A stretch of DNA of 64,000 bases from Octopus sinensis (lineage: Eukaryota): the NCBI RefSeq assembly GCF_006345805.1, contig NC_043014.1, positions 32,922,001-32,986,000 of the forward strand, in the 5' to 3' direction. The position numbers were made by a program, and so were the translations under genes. Under the pieces are notes generated by a model. It was not told the DNA's origin, did no database searches, and saw nothing but the letters and a program-made list of their open reading frames with translations. Positions 12,291-25,744 of the stretch are shown here, in pieces. Position 1 is the stretch's first letter, and each line of letters opens with the position of its first letter.

Positions 12291-12452
12291 GACAAACTTC
12301 TTTCAGTTTTTGTCTACCAAATCCACTCACAAGTCTTTGGTCAGCCCAAGGCTATATCAAAAGACATTTGCCCAAGCTGCCACACATTGGGATTGAACTT
12401 GGAACCAAGTGGTTGTGAAGCAAGCTTCTTACCACACAACCATGTCTGCACC
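12036..12452 (-). mobile_element. SINE family A
   Basis: Reverse-complement copy with tail, microsatellite and head. Confidence 0.85.
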
Positions 12453-12839
12453 TTCCGTAAACAAAATCGTCTCACTCACCAACATATATATATATAGATA
12501 TAGATATATATATAATTATGTATGCCTGTATATGTATCATTGCTTTTGTCATCATCAGTTTTTTTACATTCACTATCTTCATGCCGCTGGTATGTGTTGC
12601 ACAAAATGAGCTGAGGCAGTATTCCACAGCTGGAAGCCTTTCTTGAAGCCAATCTTTAAATGCTTAATCCTTTTTTTAGTGTGTGTTGTTTTGACAAATA
12701 TGGTACTTTATTCCTGTACATTAAACTGCTGAGTGAGATGATTTTGTTTATAGAAGACATAAACAAATATCTCTGTAATTGAAGTGGTGTCAATACAAGG
12801 ACATGCAAGGACAAAAACGCACTGAAATACTAATTTCCA

Positions 12840-12901
12840 TACATATGTATATGTATATATAAAATGTATATATATATATCTATATATATATATATATATA
12901 A

Positions 12902-12971
<70 letters not shown>

Positions 12972-13190
12972 GGTAGAGAGAGAGAGAGAGAGAGAGAGAG
13001 TGAGAGAGATAGAGAGATAGATAGATAGACAGATAGACAGACAGATAGACGATAGATAGATAGATAGATAGACAGAGAGATAGATAGAGAGATGATAGAT
13101 GATAGATAGTAGATAGAAGATAGATAGATAGATAGATAGATAGATATAGATAGATAGATATACATACATACATATATGTGTGTGTGTGTA
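12840..13190. repeat. (TA)n/(GA)n/(GATA)n compound microsatellite
   Basis: Seen directly. Confidence 0.95.
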
Positions 13191-13531
13191 GAAAAGAGAA
13201 AGTAACACACAAGTTGATATGTATATAAGGAAAATACGACAAGGTAGAAAATGCAAAATTAATTTTATCATAATTTTACATTTCAATGCCGGTTTCCCCC
13301 TTTTAGACTTTTTCAACTAAGAGTAAAATAAGAAAAACAATTAAATTGGAGAAAAAAAGTTAAGTGAAATGTTTTGTAGATATTTCCATAGTTTTTAAAA
13401 AGGTAAAGTAAATATTTCAGGTAGTCTGTCTCTCTTTATATTCCATTGTGAATGCTTCGTACGTGGGTAGTAGTAAATCTGAAGGAATAGTTTGGATACA
13501 GTGAATTGATGGTTTAAGCAGAAGTAGCCAA

Positions 13532-13712
13532 GGAAGAAGAAGAAGAGAAGAAGAAGAAGAAGAAGAAGAAAAAGAAGAAGAAGAAGAAGAAGAAGAAGAA
13601 GAAGAAGAAGAGAAGAAAAGAAGAAGAAGAAGAAGAGAAGAAGAAGAGAGAAGAGAAGAAGAAGAAGAAGAAGAAGAAGAAGAAGGAAAAGAAGGGGGAG
13701 AAGGAGAAAGAA
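13532..13712. repeat. (GAA)n homopurine tract
   Basis: Seen directly; ~180 bp. Confidence 0.95.
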
Positions 13713-13739
13713 AATACAGGAGTACTGTGACACAGTAAA

Positions 13740-15165
13740 TTTTTTGTGGAATCTTTAATGGTCAAATGACCTAAAAGTGACCTGCTTTGGTCATAGCAGT
13801 AGTGGTTGGAATTGTTCTAAATTCTTGTAGTAGTTTCATCTGTGGTGGTGGCAGCATACAAAGTAGGTTTATATTTTGTAGTAGAATATGCTTCTTTGCT
13901 AATGCGCTGATTATAGGTTGCATTGTCCCTGAATTTATAGAGGGGAAAATTCTAAAGTTGAGTTGTTCGTTAGTGGCACAAACATTGGTGTGCTTGCTAA
14001 TTCTATTTTTCTGTATTCTCATACTTTAATCTGGAATCTATGTACCATCATCCTCTGGCATAGACTGTTTTTAGTTTGACCAATATATTGTTCTTGACAC
14101 CCTGAGCAAGTTTATTCATATATTAGTTTTTCCGAAGCACATATGAAGTTGCTTTCCACTGTAAAACATTGACCCTATTTGAAGGAGAATTCCAATCCTT
14201 CAATTAGGTTGACACATATAACACAGATAGGCCTTCCGCATTTTTTCTCTGTTGATTTCAGTGTGGTTCCGAGTGTACTTGGGCTTGTGTTAGAAGACTT
14301 TTCATTGACTTGGGTTGTTTTTTGCTCTTTATGATGGCGTGCATTTGGAAGATTTGATCCATTCTATGGTCCCTTTTTAGTAAAGGGATGTTCTGGGAGG
14401 CTGATGTCGAACGCCTTATTGTTTAGGGGGTTGTGCATGAATATGTATGGTAGGGCTTTTAATTGTAAATCGTTCTTTAGTCTTGGGTGTCTGAGTTTGA
14501 GGATATTGAGTTGTAAGGCACACTGAAAGCCTATATCAATTAGTGATGGTGGGTGGTTTCTGCTGATGAGTGTATCCAGCTCATGTAGTCATGTGTCCCT
14601 GGTGCTTGTATCAGATACTATAGTACAGTGTCACACCATTCGAGCGTGATTGGTACTGCGTTGCCTTACTAGCACTTGTGCTGGTGGCTTGTGAAACATT
14701 CGAGCAAGGACGTTGCCAGTGCCTCTGGACTGGCTCCTGTGCAGGTGGCACGTAAAAAGCACCATTTGGACATGGCCGTTGCCAGTACCACCAAACTGGT
14801 GCTCATGCCGGTGGCATGTAAAAGCATCCACTACACTCTCGGAGTGGTTGGCATTAGGAAGGGCATCCAGCTGTAGAAACTCTGCCAGATCAGATAGGAG
14901 TCTGGTTCGCCAGACCTCAGTCAAATCGTCCAACCCATGCTAGCATGGAAAGCAGATGTTAAATGATGATGATGATGATGTAAGGGATATTCATTCTAGT
15001 GTGTCTGGGGTGGCAAGAGTTGAATCGCAGATATTGCTTGGAGTCTGTGGGCTTATAGTAGATATATGTTTCTATTTTGTTGTTGGATTTCTTAATGAGG
15101 ATGTCCAGGAATGGAAGTTGTTGGTAGGATAAGTATAGGATTAATACAGAGAATGCCCCTGCTAC
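13740..15165 (-). mobile_element. Penelope-like retroelement relic (RT C-terminus plus GIY-YIG endonuclease)
   Basis: LPFLDILI..YYKPTDSKQYLRFNSCHPRHT..NIPY (14981-15125); downstream LIYE*TCSGCQEQYIGQTK GIY-YIG motif (~14070-14130); stops and frameshifts. Confidence 0.85.
14631..14981 (+). mobile_element. RTE 3' end inserted into the PLE
   Basis: Minisatellite units, aagggcatccagctgtagaaac, (gat)n tail. Confidence 0.85.
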
Positions 15166-15229
15166 TGAATACATACATAAACATCAACACGGAGCATATT
15201 GGTGGGACATTTGCAGCAAAATTTCTATC

Positions 15230-15430
15230 AAGAGTAAACATAACAGACCTCGCTAGCCACTAAACCTTTTTTTAAATTTTCTTTCCCTGTTTATTTCTGT
15301 GTTCCTTTCTGTTGAAGAGTGTAGGTTCGAAACGTAAAAGACTTTCTCACTTCCCGAGCATTAAACTAATACATCTGTTTGTTGTTTACACACCCGTCTT
15401 TGTCTTTTGTGTTTTTGTTAATTCTCTCAA
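15230..15430 (+). mobile_element. Short PLE-type terminal repeat (same family as 57985-58185)
   Basis: Homologous to the reverse complement of 57985-58150; adjacent to the PLE relic. Confidence 0.7.
15305..15340 (+). ncRNA. Minimal hammerhead ribozyme-like motif
   Basis: cttt-CTGTTGA-a-gagt gtag gttc-GAAA-cg-TA-aaag: stem I cttt/aaag, stem II with G.U pairs, palindromic ACGT stem III. Confidence 0.6.
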
Positions 15431-15481
15431 TCATATAAGTTAGTTTCTTGGACTACGAGAGACCTCCCTCATCCTCATTAT

Positions 15482-15515
<34 letters not shown>

Positions 15516-15581
15516 GCTATCATATAAGTCAGTTACCTTGTTGTGAATATCTCTTCAAAAATCAGAGAGAAAGAGGATAAC

Positions 15582-15740
15582 TATGGATGTGTGGTAAGTA
15601 GCTGGCTTACGAACCACATGGTTCCAGGTTCAGTCCCACTGCGTGGCACCTTGGGCAAATGTCTTCTACTATAGCCTCGGGTCGACCAAAGCCTTTTGAG
15701 TGGATTTGGTTGATGGAAACTGAAAGAAGCCTGCCATATA

Positions 15741-15783
<43 letters not shown>

Positions 15784-16015
15784 TGTGTGTTTGTGTGTGT
15801 GTGTTTGTGTGTCTGTGTTTGTCCCCCAAAGCATCGCTTGACAACCGATGCTGGTCTGATTACATCCCGATAACTTAGCGGTTCAGCAAAAGTGACCGAT
15901 AGAATAAGTACTAGGCTTACAAAAAATATGTCCTGGGGTCGATTTGCTCAACTAAAAGGTGATGCTCCAGCATGGCCACAGTCAAATGACTGAAACAAGT
16001 AAAAGAGTAAAAGAA
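15582..16015 (+). mobile_element. SINE family A
   Basis: Full structure. Confidence 0.85.
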
Positions 16016-16371
16016 AGACTAACTACTTCAAAACCTTCAGCTTCTATAATCAGATTACAAATTCACAATTACATCAATAATATTTGGCACACTTGATTTT
16101 GTTGGTAAATGCCTAAGTTACAATTTGAGAAAATCAGAATTTTTACAAAAAGAAATCATCCACTTATTACACAAATGCAATTTGTAAGTGGAATAGTAAA
16201 AATATGCAAGACTTTTCTCAAGTTCAAAATGTATGTTGCTTTTGTCATCTACATTCCAATGATGGAGCATTATATTTTTGTAAGAAACCAGCTTCTTCCA
16301 CACAGGAGGATTTTGGATAATTAAAAAAAAAGAGAACATTCAAACACATATAAATATATACTCACACCCAC

Positions 16372-16427
16372 TATATACGTACATACATGCATGCATGCAT
16401 GCATACATACATACATACATACATACA

Positions 16428-16460
<33 letters not shown>

Positions 16461-16901
16461 GTATATATGCATGCATACATGCATACATCCATGCATACAT
16501 CCATGCCTACATACATATATACACACATGCATGTATACATACATACAAAACATACATACATGCATGTACACACACACCTACATACATACATACATACATA
16601 CATATGTACTTGTATACATGCATGCATACATACATATGTACTTGCATACATACATACATACAACATACATACATATGTACTTGCATACATACATACATAC
16701 ATACATACATACATACATACATACATGCATGTATACATACATGCATACATATGTACTTGCATACATACATATGTACTTGCATACATGAATACATACATAT
16801 GTACTTGCATACATGCATACATACATATGTACTTGCATACATACATACATATATATGTACTTGCATACATGCATACATACATACATATGTACTTGCATAC
16901 A

Positions 16902-16932
<31 letters not shown>

Positions 16933-16953
16933 GTACTTGCATATATGCATACA

Positions 16954-16985
<32 letters not shown>
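16372..16985. repeat. (CATA)n microsatellite with recurring atatgtacttgcatac higher-order unit
   Basis: Seen directly. Confidence 0.9.
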
Positions 16986-17060
16986 GTTCAAATTTACAGG
17001 ATAGAAATGGCAAAGACGGGTAAAGGTATATTAGTTTAACGCTCAGGAAGAATGGAAAAT

Positions 17061-17096
17061 CTTTGACGTTTCAAGCTTACGCTTTTCAATAGAAAG
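17061..17096 (-). ncRNA. Hammerhead-like motif in PLE-type repeat (16985-17170)
   Basis: Reverse complement cttt-CTATTGA-a-aagc gtaa gctt-GAAA-cg-TC-aaag; core G>A change. Confidence 0.5.
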
Positions 17097-17739
17097 GATT
17101 GAGAGGTAAAAAAAACAGACATAGAAAAAATTTTGTAGGGATTAAAGGTTCAACATGAGGAAAATATGTATACATATACGCATACATACATACAAGCATA
17201 TATACATACATACACACATATGCACACACACACTGAATCTTGCCTACATCCACACACATAAGGGTAGAACTGGAAAAGTATAGCACGAGCATGTGATACC
17301 CTTTCCCTTCTAACAAAACATCATATCCTCTCTTCCCACCCTTGGTCCTCGAACCTACTTCTACCACCCTGATTTCTTTGCCATTACCATTCACACACCT
17401 CCACTACCATTCATGCCCACCCACCTCACAATCTTCTCCATCTACCACCAACACCAACATGTTCTGTCTGTTAGAACTCTTCCCCCGCCACCACTCCATC
17501 CTGTCACCTCATTCTGCAATGTTGATTAAGAACTAACAAACTTTAAACAATGGACAAACCACGATAACTATGGAAACGGCAGACTCCAGCAATTTTGTTT
17601 AACATCTGTAAGCTCTGACTTATCTCCCCTTGGTTTGGTGACTTGCCCCTCGCCTCCTCCAGCATCTCCCCCCACACACAAACACCTGCCTTCCCATTCA
17701 TCATAAGATATTCCTTATCACAACTACATTTATTTCTTA

Positions 17740-17865
17740 CACATTTATACATATGCATGCGCATGCACACACACACACCACACACAACACATACACACAC
17801 ACACATCTAGCCAATCTTCCTTTGTGTCTATCTTTCTATTTTTCTCACTTACACATATAATAATT

Positions 17866-17906
<41 letters not shown>

Positions 17907-18255
17907 AGCACATACACATAAACACACATGCACACACTACCCAACCACACACACACACACATACACACATACACAATCACACAAAAACAAATATGCAAAA
18001 TATACACAGAAGCATACACACACATACATACACATACACACAAACATACACACACACAGACATACACATACACAAACATATGCAATCACACTAAAACAAA
18101 TATAGAAAAACACTTTATGCCAACCACACAAACATACACATACAACATATAAACACACACATCCAACATATACATATATGCAACATTTCCACATACTTCG
18201 AAACATGCACACATAAAACACATACACACATGCAAATACTACATAGGCACACATT
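17740..18255. repeat. Degenerate (CA)n tract
   Basis: Seen directly. Confidence 0.85.
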
Positions 18256-18339
18256 ACTTAAAAGTAGAACAAATGTGCACGCATAGAAATAAATATCTTA
18301 TATAAATATATCTCTTACTACTACCACTTCAACTCAGGT

Positions 18340-18730
18340 ACTAACTTTCCTCCAACTCCAATACTACAGAACCTCCCACCCCAATACCAAAGCACCTCCT
18401 ACTCAAATACTATAACGCCTCTCACTCCAATATTATAACACCTCCAAATCCAATACCTATTTCTTTACTACCCACAAGGGGCTAAGCACAGAGGAAACAA
18501 ACAAGGACAGACAAACGGATTAAGTCGATTATATCGACCCCTGTGCATAACTGGTACTTATTTAATCGACCCCGAAAGGATGAAAGGTAAAGTCGACCTC
18601 GGCAGAATTTGAACTCAGAACATAGCGGCAGACGAAATACCGCAAAGCATTTTGCCCGACATGCTAACATTTCTGCCAGCTTGCTGCCTTCTCCAAATCC
18701 AATACCATAACACCTCCTACTCCAGTACCA
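18340..18730. repeat. Diverged ~23-bp minisatellite (acacctcctactccaatactata) interrupted by a SINE
   Basis: About 6-7 units on both sides of the 18458 insertion. Confidence 0.65.
18458..18690 (-). mobile_element. Meta-domain-like SINE (family M)
   Basis: Full copy; 16-bp TSD ctccaaatccaatacc at 18442-18457 and 18691-18706. Confidence 0.85.
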
Positions 18731-18921
18731 TCACTGCCCATCACCACAACTGTCTTTCTCTGCATCATGCCCATCAGACAATGACCACCACTATCAAAAG
18801 ACAAGCTCCATGAAGCCATTTCTATCATCATAAAACTATACCAACAACACCAGAGTTATCACTACTGCCATCGTTCCCACATAATTGTTTGACCTGAGTA
18901 AAAATAGCAGCTAAATCTACC

Positions 18922-19356
18922 TTAACCCTTTAACCTTTAAACCAGCCATATCTGGTCAAAATATTCTATTTGTTTTATGTTCAAACTGGCCAAATTTGGC
19001 CTCACATACCTATCCTAAAAAGCCATTGTCAAAATAAACAATCACATTATTGTAATTACAGAGCTAGAAGATGAAGCATGATTATCTCAAAAGTAATGTG
19101 AATAAATAAGCATTACATTTGACAGAATAATCTGAATGCTAAAGGTTTAACCTTTTAACGTTTGAACTGGCTATATCTGGCCAAATTATTGTACCGATTT
19201 TAATTTCAAACTGATCAGATCCAGCATCTCACACCTACCCTACAATGTCATTCTAAAAATAAACAATCACATTATTGAAATTTTAAAGGTACAAGATAAT
19301 GTGTGATTAATTCAAAACATTGTTAATAAATGAGCATTACGTTTGACAGAGGTTAA
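18922..19356. mobile_element. Two tandem P1 TTAA MITE copies
   Basis: ttaaccctttaa..aatgctaaaggtTTAAcctttt.. followed by a second homologous body. Confidence 0.75.
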
Positions 19357-19514
19357 ATCATAGCTCACTATCTTAGAAAAAGATATACTGGTTAGTGTGG
19401 TCCTAGATTCCCTGCTCATTGAAAAAGAACAGGATGGGATAGGACAGTTATGGCTAGAATGCTTCTGAATTTATGTCTGTCTGTTCAAAATTGACCAGTG
19501 GCTAAACACCACCA

Positions 19515-19875
19515 CTACCAGCACATTACCATCATGCTTATCAGGGTATTACATTGTGCTTGATCCTCAGTCCATATACATAAGACCTTTTCTATTTTAT
19601 GCTTCAGATTAGATCTATGAAAAAAATAAGGTTCTAGCAGTGAACAGAGTAACTTCTTAAATACTTGTCTTAATTCTCTCTGTATATATTTTGTCATGTA
19701 GTGTTCTTATTGTAGATTTCACAGGCTATAATGTTTTGGCAATGTGGCTGATTTTTTTCTTCCATATCAAATCTTTTAAAAATATCCAGTGCAATCCTTT
19801 TAATGGTTCCTTTTTGCACAACTGCCTTCAGTTCCAGCTGATGGCTCCTTTTCTAGTATCTTGAATTGTAGGTAT
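19515..19875 (-). mobile_element. Tigger/pogo transposase N-terminal (CENP-B HTH) relic
   Basis: KIEKVLCIWTEDQAQCNTLIS resembles the CENP-B HTH of Tigger transposases. Confidence 0.55.
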
Positions 19876-20209
19876 ATTCAACAGTGGTATTGATCAGCAA
19901 TTATCCACAGCAAATATGTAGTAAATAAAATAAAACTGGAAAGAAATATTTTATGAAAGCCAAAAATGGTTGCCTTATTTCCATGGAATGGAAATGAATG
20001 ACTAAGAGCTTTTTTTAAATAATGGTTTACAAACACTTCTGTCCTGCTATAGAAAGGTGAGAAGATGAAAGGGTGAAGGAGTGAAATAAGAAGAAGTACT
20101 GTATGATTACAGTAAGTTGAAAAGTTACAAGGTTCACAGACATTTTGCCCCTTGCATCTCTGACTTAAGCCATAAGAACTCCACAGATACAAATGTAAGT
20201 AACGTGCAG

Positions 20210-21392
20210 ACTTTTGCATGGCTGTGTGGTGAGAAGTTTGCTTCTCTATTACATGGTCCCAGGTTCAATCCCACTGCATGACATCTTAAGCAACTGTCTT
20301 CTGCTATAGCCTGAGGCTATCCAAAGTTGTGTGAGTGGATTTGGTAAATGAATGAAGTCCGTCATATAAATATATATATCAGTAGCTTGCTTACCAATCA
20401 CATGGTTCTGGTTTCAGTCCCACTGTATGGCACCTTGGGTAGGTGTCTTCTACTATAGCCAGAAGGGAATGGGTGAAGAAAAAGTTCTTTCTAAGATAGG
20501 AGAGTGTAAGAGAAGGAGGTATGTGTGTGAATGTGTGGGTATGTGCATGCACGCAAGTCTGTGTGTGTGTGTATGAGTAATAGCATGTGTGTGTGTGTTG
20601 TGTGTGTGATGTGTGTGCGCATGTGTGTGTGCATGTATGTGCATGTGTGTATGTGCCCATGTATGTGTAATTGTGTGTGTGTATATATGAGTGTGTGTTG
20701 TGTGTGTGTGTGTGTATGTGTGTGCATGTGTATGTCTGTGCACATGTGCATGTGAGTGTATGTGCGTGTGGACATGTGTGTGTATGTGTTTGTATATGTG
20801 TGTATGCACTTGTGTGTGTATGTACGGGTGTATGTATGTACGTGTGTATGTGTGTGTGCGTTTGTGTATGTGTGTTTGTGTGCACTCATGTATGTGTGTG
20901 TGCATGTGTGTGTGTGATTGTGTGTCTGTGCTTGCCCCCCACCACCACCACCACTTTACAACTGATGTGGTGTGTTTACATCCCCGTAACTTAGCATTTC
21001 GGCAAAAGAAACCAATTGAATAAGTACTAGGCTTACAAAGAATAGGTCCTGGGGTCAATTTGCTCGACTAAAGGCAGTGTTCCAGCATGGCCACAGTTAA
21101 ATGACTGAAACAAATAAGAGAATAAAAGAATGTCTGTATGAATATTGTAGATATGTATGTGTGCATGTGCATGTGTGTGTGTCTTTGTGTTTGCATTTAT
21201 TCCCCACTACCAATTGATAACTGATGCTGATATGTTTGTGTCCCTGCAACTTAGTAGTTCAGCAAAAAGCAACCAACAAAATAAGTTCCAGGCTTTAAAA
21301 AAATAAGTACTGAGGTCATTTCATTTGACAAACATTCTTCAAGACAATGCCCCATCATGGCTGCAGTCTAATGAATGAAACAAAAGAATAAA
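20210..21392 (+). mobile_element. Cluster of SINE family A copies, one with a ~430-bp expanded (TG)-rich core
   Basis: Heads at ~20215 and ~20381; tails at ~20935-21130 and ~21180-21392. Confidence 0.75.
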
Positions 21393-21499
21393 ATGTGTTG
21401 TCATACAACATAAGTAGCAGCAGACATAGCTTTCATACTAATATTATTATTGTTGTTGCCAGTGGTTATTCAAAAGTTGATTGGTTGTTGGTGGTGTTG

Positions 21500-21531
<32 letters not shown>

Positions 21532-21992
21532 GGTGGTGGTGGTTTTGATGGTGGTGATAGTTTTGACACTGATAATGGAGGGTGATATTGTTAGTGGTAG
21601 TAGTGGCCATATTTTTCTTGTTAATCGTATCGTTGTTGCTGTCCAGTTTCAAATCAATCTCCATTGACCTAAGTTCAAAAACTTTCACTCAACTTTGAAA
21701 TACACTACTTCCACATTAGTTCATATCATTATCTTTATTCTAGATAGAATTGCCTATCTTGTTCATACTACTGTTGCTGTTGTTGGTGATGATCATTAAG
21801 AAGTGAGGTGGTTGGCAATGATAGTAATTGCATAGGTTTTTTTTTGTGTTGATTATATTTGTATTAGGGCTGCTGTTAAACAGTGCAGATGGTGGAAATT
21901 GATTTATGTGTGTGTGTGTGTGTGTTTATACACACACACACACACATGTATATGTATATGTGTATGTGTGTGTGTATGCATGTATGTATATA

Positions 21993-22034
<42 letters not shown>

Positions 22035-22394
22035 CACACCACATATATATATATATTAGTCATAAAATACAGTGTACATTTAAACACATGAGGAATCCAC
22101 TTGTGGGATTCAACATGCTAGAAAGAACAGCTAGGTTCCATAATCACTAAATTGGGGATAAAATTCGACAAGAACGAAATGAAAAAATAAAATCATTTTA
22201 CCATCTAGTTTCCTGGACCAATTGGTTTCTAATTTTACTTTAGCAAGTACAATAACATATACTCGCTAGGTGAAATCGTCATCAGCAGGAACACCTATAT
22301 CATCATCATCATCATCATCATCATTTGACATCCATTTCTCATTTCTCATTTACACATCCATTTCTCATTTACACATATAAATGTGCATATATTG

Positions 22395-23540
22395 TCATCA
22401 TCATTTAACATCCGGTTTCCCATGTTGGCATGTGTTGGACAGTTTGGCAGTAGCTGAGTAATCAGAAGACTGTGCCAAATTCTCTCTCTGTTTTGGCATG
22501 GTTTCTATGGCTGGATGTCCTTCCTAATGTGTGTTCGTGTGTGTTTGTGTATTCATATACATACCTGAGTGTGAGTGTGTATGTATGCATACCTATCTTT
22601 TATATGGGCATTGGTTGGACAGTTTCATCAGATCCAACAGGCATTTCAGGACAGCATCGTGATCCTGTTCCTGCCTTGGCATGGTTTCTAAATTCGGATG
22701 CTCTTCCTAACATCAACCACTTTACACAACAAACTAGGTGCTTTGTTTGTTGCTTCAGTACTAGTAAAGTCACCATGAAGCTTGCGAGACTGAGGTCCCC
22801 TCTGAGTGTGTGAAAGTACAATAGACATGGGTGTGGCTTTATGCTAGGAGATGAGAGGTTAAAGTTTGAGAGAAAGGATAAGACAGGTTTCTTATTGCAG
22901 AGGAACTTCATAACTACTCACATTATAGAAGAAAGGGTGGACATAAGTGAGATGAAGCTAGGAAGGGAGACAACATAGTAGAAAATGAGGACCTAGGTGA
23001 GTAGAAGTGAGTGGAGACAATATAACAGAGAGTAGCTTAAGGTTTCAAGAGTGGATGGGGAGAGTGAGAAATGGTCGGAGATGAGAAATGGGGGAGGTGT
23101 TGAATATAATGAATGAAGAGTGGTGTTGAGGGATGAGTGGTGTATGTTAGACTGAAGGTATGGAAGAGTAGTTGATGACTGTAGTGATTAGGTGGTATTG
23201 AAATATGGATTTATTGAGTGGCAGATCTAAGATAGGAATGAACAATGATACTTATGAGCTGAGAGAAGGTAGGAGAGAGTAGGTGATGACTGGCAGTGCA
23301 GTAAAGAGTAGCTAAATAGTAACAATAGTACAGCAGACAGGAAGTGCAAGTGCGAAAAATCAGGATGGCATATGGGCTGGTAGCTTGCAGGAGAGTGAGA
23401 GGAGAGGCAGATGTGTTACATGAGGAAAGTGAAAGACATATGGTAGTTGAGAAGGAGATAAGGAGAGATAGTTACACAGAAGAGTAATCAATGTAAAATG
23501 TGGATGGAGATTGACAGTATTAAGAATGAAGGATAGATAT
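22395..23540 (-). mobile_element. RTE-type 3' ends with a long purine-rich (on +) extension
   Basis: ggatgctcttcctaacatcaaccac tail; 22850-22930 resembles 52430-52510. Confidence 0.5.
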
Positions 23541-24136
23541 CAAATGAAATAGTTCTAGATAATGGTGTGTGTGTGTACACGTATATATATATATATATAT
23601 ATATCAAGAACAATCTTACTTATAAAGGGATGCGTGCATTCCGTCATATAATATATATATATATATATATAAAACATATGCATATATATATACATATATG
23701 TACGTACCTACCTCTACATGTATATATACATGTAGAGGTAGGTACGTACATATATGTATATATATATGCATATGTTTTATATATATATATATATATATTC
23801 AAACATGCACACACATGAACTCGTCACCACTTACCCATGCACCCATACACTTATATATACTCACATATACACTTGATGGATTAAATATGATAAATACATC
23901 TCAATACATAAGAGAGTATGTATGTATATGTTTTAGCTAGTAAGTGTCATAAGTGACTCAAGAGCTGGGAGTTTCGTACATAGCACTTATCAAGCTATAA
24001 AATATAACAAAAGATGAAAGAGCTAGACAAGTGGCCAATATGTTGTGCAGAAAAACCATCCAACCTAAGTTAGTATGGAAAATATGTGACTCACTAAAAC
24101 AACGATGATGATGATGATGACGACGACGACGATGTC

Positions 24137-24170
<34 letters not shown>

Positions 24171-24645
24171 CTGTCCAGTAAAATATTATTCATGCTCATT
24201 TTTTTTATCATTTTGTAAATTTTCCCCAAAATCTCTAAAATGTTTTAGAAATCTGTTTAGAAAAAAAACAAAAAAAAAGAAAGCTCTTTTCATTTCAAAT
24301 TATAGTTTTAGGGGAGTTTTTTTTTTTTTGCAAATAAATTCTTTCTTTTTTTTTAATCATCTTTCTTCTGTTTAAAACTCTTTTATAATAATATTGTATT
24401 ATTATTTTTTTTAAAGTTTATTCCACTCTTCAATTCAAAACTCTTTAATGATTGGGTTTCAATCAAATTTACTCTTTTTTTTTAAACAGACACTTCTTTT
24501 TTTTTGGTAGCCAAAATCCCCCTCACTGATATAATAGTTAATTTTTATACCACCATTTTTATTCTCCTTTGGTTTTCCTTCTAATAGAATGATTTACATT
24601 TTTTTCTTTTTCTTTCATTTTTGAGCTAAAACTAATTATTTATTT

Positions 24646-24920
24646 AGGCACAAGGCATGGCTGTGTGGTAAGAAGTTTGCTTTACAACCACATGGTTCTG
24701 GATTCAGTCCCACTGCATCATACCTTGGGCAAGTATCTTCTAAAATAGCCTCCAGCTGATCAAAGCCTTGTGAGCAAATTTGATAGACGGAAACTGAAAG
24801 AAGCGTGTCATATATACATGTATTGTGTATGTACATGTGTGTGTGTGTGTGCCACCTCCACATGGCAACTGGTGTTGATGTGTTTATGTCCCTCTAACTT
24901 AGCAGTTCAGCAAACGAGAC
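24646..24920 (+). mobile_element. SINE family A (3'-truncated)
   Basis: Head, CORE-like segment and microsatellite. Confidence 0.75.
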
Positions 24921-25744
24921 TGTTATGTATTGAGATGTATTTATCATATTTAATCCATCAAGTGTATATGTGAGTATATATAAGTGTATGGGTGCATTGA
25001 TAAGTGGTGACGAGTTCATGTGTGTGTACGTTTGAATATATATATACATGGCTGCAAAGAGAGCTTCTTAACCACAGTGATGTCTGCACCTAATTATATT
25101 CATATTCTAGCTTTGCATTCTGAATTCAAATTCCACTAAGAATGGCTTGTTATTCATTGTTTCATGGTCAAAAAATTAAGTTACGGTCAATGGTCAATAT
25201 AATTGACTAACCCCCTCTTCCAAAATTTCAGGCCTTGTGCCTATATTAGAAAGGATTATTAGAAAATTTAAGACAAAGCTAAGTGTTTCAAAGTTATGTT
25301 CAAACCACAGAAGCTCAAGAAAAATGAGATTAAATAGAAGTGAACTGAGATGAATTAAACATCAAATACTTTGTCCCTAACAGAAACTTCTAGAATTCTT
25401 TTGCTCAGAAGAAGAATCCCTTTGTTGTCAACAAAGATAATAGCAACCTAAATTTTTTCCACCCTATCTCAGTTCTGACTATTATTCTCTTAGAACTTTT
25501 CCCTTTACTGCCAATAAAGTCACCTGAATAACAGAAGCTATTAACTACTTCTACATTCTGTAGAGGCTTCTGAGAATTACAAGGGATTTATTTTAGTGGT
25601 GCCTTGAAGGCAAACTACTCTTGTACATCTGCCACAGGCAAAGTTGCTATTTACCGTCAGCCAGCCTTTGATTTCACTACATCTCTTGTGCATTCATTGT
25701 TCACATTGGGTTCATCACATAGAGCTTCTACTTACACATTCTCT

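Noticed and set aside
16340-17039. Overlapping ~200-aa ORFs in several frames
   Set aside because: (CATA)n microsatellite lacking stop codons
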